From Spirochaetia bacterium (lineage in GTDB: Bacteria; Spirochaetota; Spirochaetia; UBA9216), in the NCBI GenBank assembly GCA_963677925.2, contig CAXXYH010000003.1, forward strand, positions 1,536,001 to 1,600,000: 64,000 bases of DNA. The letters run 5' to 3'. Positions 1 to 8,716 of the stretch are shown piece after piece. Numbering within the stretch: position 1 is the first letter of the stretch; each line of letters begins with the position of its first letter. The notes below the pieces were generated by a model. The model had not been told where the DNA came from. It did no database searches and saw only the letters and a list, made by a program, of their open reading frames with translations. The position numbers were made by a program, and so were the translations under genes.

Positions 1-1104
1 GTCTGCAGTTATCGGGTACATAATGGTATTGGAACTTGAAAGAATATATCCGCCTCCCGGTGCACCGTCACGCAGGCACTGCTTTGTCTCTTCGATAATT
101 TCATCCCGGGTACCGAAAGGAAGGGTTCTTCCGCAGTCGACATTACCCATGATGAGAATTTTATCACCATACAGCTTTTTGATTTCAGGAAGCTTCATTC
201 CGGCATAGGGTTCGCAGCTCTGGAAGGCATCGATATTCATTCCAAAAAACATGTCTGCAATCGGCATTATGTTTCCGTCGCTGTGCTTCATTACCTTAAC
301 ACCGTGAGCATGACAGTAATCGGCAATCGCATTTACCTGCGGTACCATAAACTCCTCAATATAATAGGGAGGCATTATCGGTCCTGAGTTCATGGCCCAG
401 TCTACTGCAATTAGCACACCGTCAACCCCGCATTCAACAAAACCCTTTGCAGCCTCCAGACCGTATGCGGTGTAAGCATCAATCAGTCTTTTGTTAAGCT
501 CCGGGTTGGTCAGAGCAATGGTCATAAACTCTGTATACCAGCTTCTACCTGAAGGAATTAGGTTCGGTATCTTTGCCATATGGAAAAGATCCTCACCCTT
601 CTCTCTTGAACGGCGGGTGGTATCAAAACAGCTCTCATGGATTTTAGCAGCTGATTTTTCCAGGGCTTCGATATGCTCTTCAATAGCCTTCTCCCCGCCC
701 TGCTTCTCGTAGGAATCTACTTCCATTACTATCTGCTTATCCTGCTCGTAGGTAAACTTACGCCAGTGCCCGGTAGCCTGATCAACCTCGGTCCATCCGG
801 TTTCAGAAATCTCTGTAATCTTCATGACTTCGTCAACAGGCGGATCAAGCTCTGTAGTGAAAAGGTCGTGACCAATCTTCTTTACAACATCTGTATTATC
901 CTGGGCAAACCTTTCAACAAACTCTTCACGACAGCCCCTGGCTACAAGTTCGGCTGCAAGCATATACATTGAACCTTCGCCGGTTATGGCATCACGTCCA
1001 AGAATTTCGCTGGAAGCATGGGGCATGATATGCATTTCACCCATAGGGACCCTGTCAGCTTCCTTATGTTCATAAGCAGTTAATACTCTTTCTTTAGATG
1101 TCAT
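1..1104 (-). CDS. Uroporphyrinogen decarboxylase (UroD/MtaA-CmuA)-like protein, runs off the left edge (absent from ORF track)
   Basis: Manual translation from ATG at 1104 (AGGAG upstream): MTSKERVLTAYEHKEADRVP...KVMKHSDGNIMPI...IIMGNVDC...GGYILSSSNT, typical UroD-family N- and C-terminal motifs. Confidence 0.85.
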   Translation of the reverse strand, partial: MTSKERVLTAYEHKEADRVPMGEMHIMPHASSEILGRDAITGEGSMYMLAAELVARGCREEFVERFAQDNTDVVKKIGHDLFTTELDPPVDEVMKITEISETGWTEVDQATGHWRKFTYEQDKQIVMEVDSYEKQGGEKAIEEHIEALEKSAAKIHESCFDTTRRSREKGEDLFHMAKIPNLIPSGRSWYTEFMTIALTNPELNKRLIDAYTAYGLEAAKGFVECGVDGVLIAVDWAMNSGPIMPPYYIEEFMVPQVNAIADYCHAHGVKVMKHSDGNIMPIADMFFGMNIDAFQSCEPYAGMKLPEIKKLYGDKILIMGNVDCGRTLPFGTRDEIIEETKQCLRDGAPGGGYILSSSNTIMYPITAD

Positions 1105-1112
1105 TTCTTCTC

Positions 1113-2138
1113 CTATGAAAACTTAATCAGAGCTTTCACAATGGTTTTATCTTTGTGAATATCGTCAAAGGCCTTCATGGCATCTTCAACCGGATATACT
1201 CTGCTGACCAGTTTTTTAAGCTTATTGTTAATCTTTCCCTGGTTTATGATCTCTGCAGCTGCACGGAAATGATTATATGGATGAATTCTTACACCCTTAA
1301 GTTCTATTTCACGAAGCACTACCGATACTACATCGACCTTGAAACCCTGGTTTGGTATTCCTATAAGAACTATGGTACCGCCTGATGCACAGGCTTTAGT
1401 CATATTATCCCAGCCCGGCTGAGTTCCTGATACTTCAAAAACCCGCTTAAAACCCTTTCCACCGGAAAGTTCCATAACCCTTTTATCGTAATCAGAATCA
1501 AGCGCATTCAGGCATGTAAAGCCCAGCTCTTCTGCAAAGGCAATACGCTTTTCATCGACATCAGTCAGAATAATCCGCCCTGCTCCGTTAAACTCGGCGG
1601 TTACAGCCAGGATAAGCCCTATTGTTCCGGCTCCGATAATAAAAACATCTTCGCCTGCCTGAAGACCGCTTCTTCTTATGTCATGAACAGCTACTGCAAG
1701 AGGTTCCAGCAGCGCGGTTACCTCAGGATCTGCATCAGCCTTAAGCTTTACGAGTCTTTCGGCACTTATTTTTATATATTCAGAAAAGCATCCGTCCTTA
1801 TGAACTCCGTATATGGAAAGTTCCTTACAGAGGTTCTCATGTCCGCTCATGCAGTATTCACAGTATCCGCATGAAGTTAACGGATGTCCCGATACACGGT
1901 CACCTATCTGGAAACCGCTTACTGTTTTACTTTTAATATCAGCAAGCTCGCCGTAGAACTCGTGACCAAGAACCATCGGCGGTTTTGCTGTAGGATGCTT
2001 CCCTTCAAGGATATGCACATCGGAGCCGCATATACCCACATATTTTACTTTTATAAGAGCTTCACCCTCGTTCAGCTCCGGAACTGCTGCATCTTCAATT
2101 TTCAGCTCATTAAATGCAGTCATTCTTGCAAGTTTCAT
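1113..2138 (-). CDS. Zn-dependent medium-chain dehydrogenase (polyol/threonine dehydrogenase-like)
   Basis: GICGSD, GHEF, CGYCEYC...C structural Zn site, GAGTIG Rossmann motif. Confidence 0.9.
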   Translation of the reverse strand: MKLARMTAFNELKIEDAAVPELNEGEALIKVKYVGICGSDVHILEGKHPTAKPPMVLGHEFYGELADIKSKTVSGFQIGDRVSGHPLTSCGYCEYCMSGHENLCKELSIYGVHKDGCFSEYIKISAERLVKLKADADPEVTALLEPLAVAVHDIRRSGLQAGEDVFIIGAGTIGLILAVTAEFNGAGRIILTDVDEKRIAFAEELGFTCLNALDSDYDKRVMELSGGKGFKRVFEVSGTQPGWDNMTKACASGGTIVLIGIPNQGFKVDVVSVVLREIELKGVRIHPYNHFRAAAEIINQGKINNKLKKLVSRVYPVEDAMKAFDDIHKDKTIVKALIKFS

Positions 2139-2150
2139 TAATTACTCCAT

Positions 2151-3185
2151 CTAAGTTTTACGGAGAACAGGTCCTGTTGTCTTTCGTACTACAAGCTGAA
2201 CATCCAACTCTGTACTCAAAGGAACATCATTTCCTTCAATTAGGTTAACCAGGATTTCAACACCCTTACGTCCCTTATCATGGGTAGCCTGATTTATGGT
2301 AGTCAGCGGAGGATTCATGACTTTGGCCATTGCGATATCATCAAAGCCTACTACAGAAATATCATCAGGTATTTTAAGCCCCTTCTCCTGAATTACATTC
2401 ATTACACCAAAGGCCATAAAGTCTCCGGCTACAAACACAGCAGTCGGCTCAACTTCTTCAAGAAGCTGCTTCATTATCACCGTCCCGCTGTCAATATTAT
2501 TGGCACCAGTTCTTATATATTCTTCTTTCACCTCAAGACCGTTATTATTCATAGCATCTCTGTATCCCTGAAGTCGGTCTGCACTGCTTGAAAGAACCTT
2601 AGGACCGTTTATAAAACAAATCTTCTCATGTCCAAGAGAGATCAGATGCTCTACTGCAATCATGGCACCCTTGTAATTGTTTACACAGACATGGGGTACA
2701 TTTGTATTACCCGGCATCCTGGAAGTGAGAACAGTTGGTATTCCTGTTTCTTTAATATTATCAAGAATATCCATGTGATTCAGACCTGGACTGATAACAA
2801 GAAGGCCGTCAATCCGGTTCTGGTAGATTACATCCAGATAGTTATCATTGTGACAGTATAATAGAAGAATATAGTATCCTTTACTGTCAGCCTCTTTAAA
2901 AATACCGCGTATAATCTCTTCATAGAAAGGATTCATAAAAACATAATCAATGTCATGCGGAATAAAAACACCGATAGTGTCGTTCCGATGACTCGACATC
3001 GCCTTCGCTGTAGCGTTCGGTTGATAATTATATTTCTTCACTGTTTCGAGAATTCTCTCCCTTGTTTCAGGTAGAATATCACTCTTGTTATTAAGAGCCC
3101 TTGAGACAGTAGTCTTTGAAACACCAAGCTCTTTAGCTATATCAGCGATTGTATATTGTTTTCTTTTCTTAGGGTTGTGAACCAT
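2151..3185 (-). CDS. LacI-family transcriptional regulator
   Basis: TIADIAKELGVSKTTVSRALN HTH, YQPN, IPDDISVVGFDD, PPLTTI; start placed at ATG 3185 after AAGGA (ORF track starts at 3203). Confidence 0.93.
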   Translation of the reverse strand: MVHNPKKRKQYTIADIAKELGVSKTTVSRALNNKSDILPETRERILETVKKYNYQPNATAKAMSSHRNDTIGVFIPHDIDYVFMNPFYEEIIRGIFKEADSKGYYILLLYCHNDNYLDVIYQNRIDGLLVISPGLNHMDILDNIKETGIPTVLTSRMPGNTNVPHVCVNNYKGAMIAVEHLISLGHEKICFINGPKVLSSSADRLQGYRDAMNNNGLEVKEEYIRTGANNIDSGTVIMKQLLEEVEPTAVFVAGDFMAFGVMNVIQEKGLKIPDDISVVGFDDIAMAKVMNPPLTTINQATHDKGRKGVEILVNLIEGNDVPLSTELDVQLVVRKTTGPVLRKT

Positions 3186-3234
3186 TTCTGCTTCCTTTCT
3201 CAAATTCCGATGATCAGATTAACATTTCAAAGAA

Positions 3235-3263
3235 ACCCTAACTCCGACCGGTTAATCTGTCAA
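3235..3263 (-). promoter_or_regulatory. Possible internal sigma70 promoter for the LacI gene, with an operator-like site in the spacer
   Basis: TTGACA (3263-3258), N17, TAGGGT (3240-3235); spacer contains TTAACCGGTCGG, resembling the 7.2 kb operator core AACCGGTT. Confidence 0.4.
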
Positions 3264-4297
3264 TCATTTCTTTCAGGGATAATTAAGGTCTTGTAGCCCT
3301 CCTTCCTGATAACCGCATCAAAGGCTTCACACCATTGTCCAATTGGATATTTCTTACCAATCAGCGGCTTCAGATCAACCTTTCCATTTTTCATGAGCTC
3401 CAGAGCCGTCTCCCATGAGGTCGGTTCGGAAGCATAGCTGTTTGTTATATTGATCTCTTTCATAAGAGCAAGATCCATATCAAATCCGGGAACTGTTCCA
3501 TATAGTCCCAGCTGGCCGAATAAGCCGGTCTTCTTAAGAACTTTCAGGCAGGTGTCTGCTGATGCAGCAGCTCCGGCACATTCAAAAGCTGCGTCAAATC
3601 CATATCCCGAGGTTATCTGAATAGCCCGTTCTGCAGGATTTTCCTCATCAACAACAATCACTTCTAAGGCGCCGCACTGCTTTGCAAGCTTAAGCCGTTC
3701 GCGGTCAAAGGAAGTGCCGCCTACTGTAACAGAGGCTCCGCAGGCTATTGCTACCTGCATTGCAAGCTGACCTATAATGCCGGGTCCGGAAATATAAACC
3801 ATATCGCCGGCCTTTATATTGCTACGCTCAATTACACCGCGTACAACACAGGCTAAAGGCTCTGTAAGCGCGGCTTCATCCAGTGAAACATTCTCCGGGA
3901 TTTTATAAGCGAGCCCGGCCGGAACGACGATATACTCAGTAAAAGCTCCGTTAACTCCCGAACCAATCGAAAGTCTTCTGTTGCACAGCATTCTAAGTCC
4001 TGCTCTGCAGTATCTGCATTTCCCGCATGTAACAACGGCAGTGACAGAAACCACCCGGTCTCCCTTTCGGAAACCGGATACCTCTTCGCCAATCTCCTCT
4101 ATAATACCGCTGTATTCATGCCCCATGACAACTGGAGGATTACTTGGATACTCATTCTGCATAATATGAATATCCGATCCGCAGATACCCGTCGCATGAA
4201 CCCGGATTTTTATATCATCAGCTCCGGCAGAAGGCTCGGGAACATCAATTAATTCCAGAGTAGTGCTCTCTGCCGACTTTTTAATTAAAGCTCTCAT
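3260..4297 (-). CDS. Zn-dependent medium-chain dehydrogenase (second paralog)
   Basis: GICGSD, GHEYSG, CGKCRYC...C, EPLAC, GPGIIG. Confidence 0.9.
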   Translation of the reverse strand: MRALIKKSAESTTLELIDVPEPSAGADDIKIRVHATGICGSDIHIMQNEYPSNPPVVMGHEYSGIIEEIGEEVSGFRKGDRVVSVTAVVTCGKCRYCRAGLRMLCNRRLSIGSGVNGAFTEYIVVPAGLAYKIPENVSLDEAALTEPLACVVRGVIERSNIKAGDMVYISGPGIIGQLAMQVAIACGASVTVGGTSFDRERLKLAKQCGALEVIVVDEENPAERAIQITSGYGFDAAFECAGAAASADTCLKVLKKTGLFGQLGLYGTVPGFDMDLALMKEINITNSYASEPTSWETALELMKNGKVDLKPLIGKKYPIGQWCEAFDAVIRKEGYKTLIIPERND

Positions 4298-4319
4298 AAC
4301 TCAGACCTTATCCCGTACC

Positions 4320-5615
4320 TCAGCCTGCAAGCAGGTTGGGGACAAACATTACTATCTGCGGAACATAAATAAACAGAAACAGCATACCAATCAGTACTAT
4401 TAGAAATGGAACGGCATCTTTTATATACGCCCCAAGTTTCACATCCGCGATAGACGTTGTAACGAACATCATAGTACCGAAGGGCGGAGTAAAGCCCGCT
4501 ATAGTAAGGTTGATACACATGATAATTCCGAAGTGAATAAGGTTAATACCTGCAGCGCTTACAGCGGGAACCAGAAGCGGTGCAAGGAGAACCATCGCCG
4601 CACCGCCCTCAAAGAAGCATCCGATTGCTATAAGCATAATAGTTATTACAAACAGCAGCATATTGGGATTGGTTATGTTCTGTATAAGCGCCTCAGAAAT
4701 TGTGATTGGAATCCTTTCCCATGTAAGGTAACTTCCGAACATATTAGCGGCAGCGATAATAAAAAGAACCCCGGCAGTAGCCTCAAGTGATTCCATCAGA
4801 ATCGGCCATACATGTTTTATTTTCAAATCCTTATAAACAAAAACACCTATCAGCACGGCATAAACTACAGATATGGCTCCGGCCTCGGTTGGAGTAAACA
4901 TCCCCATCCTGAGTCCCATTAGAATTCCGAAAGGAAGAAAAAGCGCCCATATTGATTCCTTAAACTGCCTGAATATCTCCTTACCGGAGGCCTTCTTGTC
5001 TCTTGAGGGTTTATAACCCCTTTTCTTTGATACAAAGGATACGGTGATCATCAATGCTATACAGAGCAGGGCTCCGGGTACATATCCGGCAAAGAACATC
5101 TTGGCAATCGAAACATCGGCGGCTACAGCATAAAGAATCAGGATGATACCGGGTGGAATTATCGGGGTTATACAGGAAGAAGCAGCAGTTACAACAGTTG
5201 AGAACGGCCGGCTGTAACCAAGTTTTTCCATTTCAGGAACAAGAATCTTGGTCTCCATGGCAGCATCGGCATTAGCAGAACCTGATAGTCCGCCCATCAG
5301 TGTACTGAGTAGAACATTAACCTGCCCCAGGCCGCCTCTCTGGTGACCTACCAGTACTTCGGCAAAACCCATAAGTCTCTTTGTAATACCGGCATAGTTG
5401 AAAACAACTCCGGCACATGCAAAGAAGGGAATTGCAAGATACGGGAATGATTCCATAGAAGCAATAATTCTCTGAACCGATATTGCTATCGGCATAGTGG
5501 TGTTTATAAAAAGGTAGTAAACCAGCGATGATGCAATCATTGCAAAAGCAACCGGTATACGCAGAAAAAATAATAAAAAAAGTATAACAATCGGCAGATA
5601 GGGCAGAAAATCCAT
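4320..5615 (-). CDS. dctM: TRAP transporter large permease
   Basis: LAIPFF, GGLSGSANADAA, PIIPPG, FTPTEAG, TPPFG motifs; highly hydrophobic. Confidence 0.92.
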   Translation of the reverse strand: MDFLPYLPIVILFLLFFLRIPVAFAMIASSLVYYLFINTTMPIAISVQRIIASMESFPYLAIPFFACAGVVFNYAGITKRLMGFAEVLVGHQRGGLGQVNVLLSTLMGGLSGSANADAAMETKILVPEMEKLGYSRPFSTVVTAASSCITPIIPPGIILILYAVAADVSIAKMFFAGYVPGALLCIALMITVSFVSKKRGYKPSRDKKASGKEIFRQFKESIWALFLPFGILMGLRMGMFTPTEAGAISVVYAVLIGVFVYKDLKIKHVWPILMESLEATAGVLFIIAAANMFGSYLTWERIPITISEALIQNITNPNMLLFVITIMLIAIGCFFEGGAAMVLLAPLLVPAVSAAGINLIHFGIIMCINLTIAGFTPPFGTMMFVTTSIADVKLGAYIKDAVPFLIVLIGMLFLFIYVPQIVMFVPNLLAG

Positions 5616-5616
5616 A

Positions 5617-6117
5617 TTATTCTACTTCCTCGGAAATCAGTTTTTCGCCAAAATCAATAACCTCTTTTCCTGAAACGGTTTTAATCAGAAAAACAAGTGA
5701 ATGATAAGACATAATCAGAAATGAAATTGTTGCAGATATATCAATAAACGTATAAGGAATGCGCAACGCTGCAGTCGGTCTTATCCAGGCCCCTATTGAG
5801 AGCTTAAGACTCAGCCATGCAAGAAGCACATTCAGCAGAGTCAAAACGGTAAAGTTAAATATCCGGACTATCTTATGAGCGTTCTCCGGAAGCCTGTCAA
5901 CGACAACATCAATTGTAATAAGAGCGTGATTCCTGTAAAGAACTGCAACACCGAAAAATACGCAGTATGTAAAACCGATGAATGCTATCTCCTCGGTATA
6001 ATTAAATGAATGACCCAGAAAGTATCTGGAAAAGACATTGATAATTACCATAAGAAGCATTACAGAAAAGGCTATTGCGCCAATAAGTTTTTCAAAGTTT
6101 TTAAACAGCCAGGGCAT
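5617..6117 (-). CDS. dctQ: TRAP transporter small permease
   Basis: Four TM segments, NVFSRY...TEEIA; lies between dctP and dctM. Confidence 0.88.
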   Translation of the reverse strand: MPWLFKNFEKLIGAIAFSVMLLMVIINVFSRYFLGHSFNYTEEIAFIGFTYCVFFGVAVLYRNHALITIDVVVDRLPENAHKIVRIFNFTVLTLLNVLLAWLSLKLSIGAWIRPTAALRIPYTFIDISATISFLIMSYHSLVFLIKTVSGKEVIDFGEKLISEEVE

Positions 6118-6139
6118 TATATTATTTCCTTGTTTAAAC

Positions 6140-6162
6140 CCGGGAAGCAGAACGCTTCCCGG
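6140..6162 (-). other. Intergenic stem-loop between dctP and dctQ (likely mRNA stabiliser or partial terminator)
   Basis: CCGGGAAGC-AGAAC-GCTTCCCGG, perfect 9-bp stem. Confidence 0.6.
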
Positions 6163-6174
6163 AAAATTAGTCTA

Positions 6175-7164
6175 CTATTCGATTACGGCTCTTATGTCAG
6201 CATAGAGGTTGGGAGTCCATTCAGGAAAGTTTGCACTTACACCCTTGGCAGCTTCGAGAAAGCCTGACTTATCAACGTCGTTGAACTGTACACCCTCAGC
6301 TTCGAGTTTTGCTTCAAACTCTTTCTCAAGAGCTCTAACCAGCTCAATTCTCTTTGCAGGATATTCACTTCCAATCTTATCAATTGCAGCTTTTCCGTCA
6401 GCAGAGAGTGACTGGTAAACCTGCTCAGACATTACAATTGCAGTAGGTGCAATGAGGTGTTCGGTTCTGCTGACGAATTTTCTCGGCTCATAAAGCTTTG
6501 CAGAATACAGCAGTGAGACAGGAGACTCAGCTCCGTCGGCAACACCCTGTGAAAGTGCAGTATACACTTCTGACCATGCCGTGTTTGTCGGATTTCCGCC
6601 GAGAGTAAGTGCAACCTGGTTCCACATCTTTGTTGCAGCACATCTGATTTTCATATCTTTTGTATCTTCTCTTTTATAAACAGGCCTGTCTGAAATAAGG
6701 TTTCTTGTTCCGAAGTATACCAGAGTTACAATTCTAAGCCCTTTTGCATGAAGCTCAGCTTCCATCTTCTGGCCGATTTCTGATTTCCATACAGTTGCAA
6801 TATCTTCAGGTTTATTCATAAGATAGGGATGCATGAAGATTGAGTAATCAGCTACGTAGTCTGAAAGGTGGCTGGGGTCACAATCCTGAAGGATAGGAGC
6901 GCCCTGTGAAATAGCTTCAATCATGTCGGTTGTTTTACCGAGCGATTCAGTTGGATAAATTTCAACGTTAAGTGTACCGTTTGAAGTTTCTGCTATATCG
7001 TTGCAGAACTCAGACCAGTATCCATAGTTTGGATCCATTGCAGACAGTACAGAGTTAAACTTGAGTGTTACGACCTCATTTTTTCCGCCTTCCTGATCAC
7101 CTGATGCAAATACACCGGCAACAAGAACAACAGTTAGAATCAACAGAAAAATAATTTTTTTCAT
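6175..7164 (-). CDS. dctP: TRAP transporter substrate-binding protein
   Basis: Signal peptide ending VFASGDQE; GTRN, MKIR, WSEVYTALSQGVADGAE motifs. Confidence 0.92.
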   Translation of the reverse strand: MKKIIFLLILTVVLVAGVFASGDQEGGKNEVVTLKFNSVLSAMDPNYGYWSEFCNDIAETSNGTLNVEIYPTESLGKTTDMIEAISQGAPILQDCDPSHLSDYVADYSIFMHPYLMNKPEDIATVWKSEIGQKMEAELHAKGLRIVTLVYFGTRNLISDRPVYKREDTKDMKIRCAATKMWNQVALTLGGNPTNTAWSEVYTALSQGVADGAESPVSLLYSAKLYEPRKFVSRTEHLIAPTAIVMSEQVYQSLSADGKAAIDKIGSEYPAKRIELVRALEKEFEAKLEAEGVQFNDVDKSGFLEAAKGVSANFPEWTPNLYADIRAVIE

Positions 7165-7196
7165 TCTCTCCTCCTAATTTTGTTTTCTGTTTATTT

Positions 7197-7244
7197 TTCC
7201 ACGGAACCGGTTCCGGTATCGGTTACGGAACCGGTTCCGTGGAA
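7197..7244. promoter_or_regulatory. Triple tandem LacI-type operator
   Basis: Three 12-bp units CGGAACCGGTTC / CGGTATCGGTTA / CGGAACCGGTTC (7202-7237); outer units are palindromic (GGAACCGGTTCC); lies just downstream of a predicted -10 for dctP. Confidence 0.75.
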
Positions 7245-7247
7245 GTT

Positions 7248-7276
7248 ACATTAAAGCATAAAATATCAGCTGTCAA
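7248..7276 (-). promoter_or_regulatory. sigma70 promoter of the TRAP operon
   Basis: TTGACA (7276-7271), 17-bp spacer, TAATGT (7253-7248). Confidence 0.65.
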
Positions 7277-7450
7277 CTTTTTTCTAAGGTAATTTGTATT
7301 ATTTTTTAACGATTTTATAAAATATGGCTGTAAAAAGCTGCATCCTTATATAGATTCGCACTTTTTTTTTATTTGTTTGATTTTGTCATGTATTAATATT
7401 AATATTTGAATATATAACAAAAAGGACCAGTAAACTACACGGAGGAAACT

Positions 7451-7954
7451 ATGCGCAACCATGGAAAACTTTTAAAAATGTTAACGATGTTTGTGGTTCT
7501 TTTACTTACAGCCACAGCAACATTCGCCTCTAACGGCGACACCATAAACATCGGAGGAACTGTCCCTTTAATTCTTAACCTGACAGTCACCCCTGACGCT
7601 GCCGCGGACAATCTTCCGCTTACCACAACCGGTGCAGATACAGCAACAACCGAAGCCCTTGCCTCAGTTACCATTTCTACAAACAATACTGCGGGATGGG
7701 AACTGTGGATATTCTCGGTCAACGGCGGTTCAATCGACAATGATGACACTGACAGTATTAACTACACCCTGACTTATGCCGGAACAGGCGGTGTGGCAAC
7801 CACAGCTCCATCAACAGCCGGAGTCCTTTTCGGACAGGCCGCAGCCGCAACAACAGACACCGCTCAGGCTCTGAACATCACCTATACCCAGTCCGCCAGT
7901 CATCCTGCCGGTTACTACTCTGATCAGCTCACTATTGTACTGAGGGCTAAATAG
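7451..7954 (+). CDS. Chaperone-usher major pilin (non-classical type)
   Basis: GGAGG RBS, signal peptide, donor-strand-like DTINIGGTV, C-terminal PAGYYSDQLTIVL as in Csu/spore-coat-U/CfaB-like pilins; first gene before chaperone and usher. Confidence 0.8.
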   Translation: MRNHGKLLKMLTMFVVLLLTATATFASNGDTINIGGTVPLILNLTVTPDAAADNLPLTTTGADTATTEALASVTISTNNTAGWELWIFSVNGGSIDNDDTDSINYTLTYAGTGGVATTAPSTAGVLFGQAAAATTDTAQALNITYTQSASHPAGYYSDQLTIVLRAK

Positions 7955-7958
7955 ACTA

Positions 7959-8702
7959 ATGCAGCTGAAAAAGATCATCCTGCCTCTTCTGCTAATAGCT
8001 GTCGCTTTTCAGCTGCAGGCCTTTAATTTTGAGCCAATCTCTCAGGACTTCACACCTTACGGACGCGGAGCAAACCGCGTTTTCAGGGTTGTCAATACCG
8101 GTAATGATAAAATTGCAGTATCCGTAAGTATTCATCCCAGATCGATTGAATATGACGGAACAGAAGTCCAGGGTGAAGAAACTGACAAGTTCATCATCTA
8201 CCCGCGCCAGATGATACTAGAAGCCGGAGAATCAAGAAGTATAAGGGTTAAATGGACCGGTGAACAGGAACTTTCCGAAGAACAGACTTTCAGAATCATA
8301 GCCGAGCAGGTTCCGGTAGCGTTCACAGAATCAACCCCTGTTGACGGAGGCAGAATCGAGCTTACTTACCGCTACGAGGGCAATGTTTATATTGTTCCCG
8401 ATACTGCAGTCGATGATATAGTTGTTGACTCTGTAAAACGCGTAACAAGGGACGAAAGAACTCTTCTGGCTGTCGAACTGACAAATCTGGGAACAAGACA
8501 TTCACTTCTAAGGGAGGCTGAGCTGACACTCAAACGGGATGAAAATGATCCATCGCCCCTGAAGCTGACAGACGAAAAAATGCAGGGACTGACCGGGGAA
8601 AACATGCTCGCAGGGATACAGAGGGTTTTTTATATCCCTGTACCCGATGGACTATGGGACGGACCTCTTTACGGAACAATAAAATATAAACCTACATACT
8701 AA
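7959..8702 (+). CDS. Periplasmic pilus chaperone (PapD/CsuC-like)
   Basis: Signal peptide; FRVVNTG, IIYPRQMILEAGESRSIRVKW, FRIIAEQVP, LTNLGTRH motifs. Confidence 0.85.
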   Translation: MQLKKIILPLLLIAVAFQLQAFNFEPISQDFTPYGRGANRVFRVVNTGNDKIAVSVSIHPRSIEYDGTEVQGEETDKFIIYPRQMILEAGESRSIRVKWTGEQELSEEQTFRIIAEQVPVAFTESTPVDGGRIELTYRYEGNVYIVPDTAVDDIVVDSVKRVTRDERTLLAVELTNLGTRHSLLREAELTLKRDENDPSPLKLTDEKMQGLTGENMLAGIQRVFYIPVPDGLWDGPLYGTIKYKPTY

Positions 8703-8716
8703 AGACAGCGGAATTT

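Noticed and set aside
7197-7244. Possible mini-CRISPR or transposon end
   Set aside because: Units are only 12 bp with no spacers, and no cas or transposase genes are present; position and symmetry fit a LacI operator.
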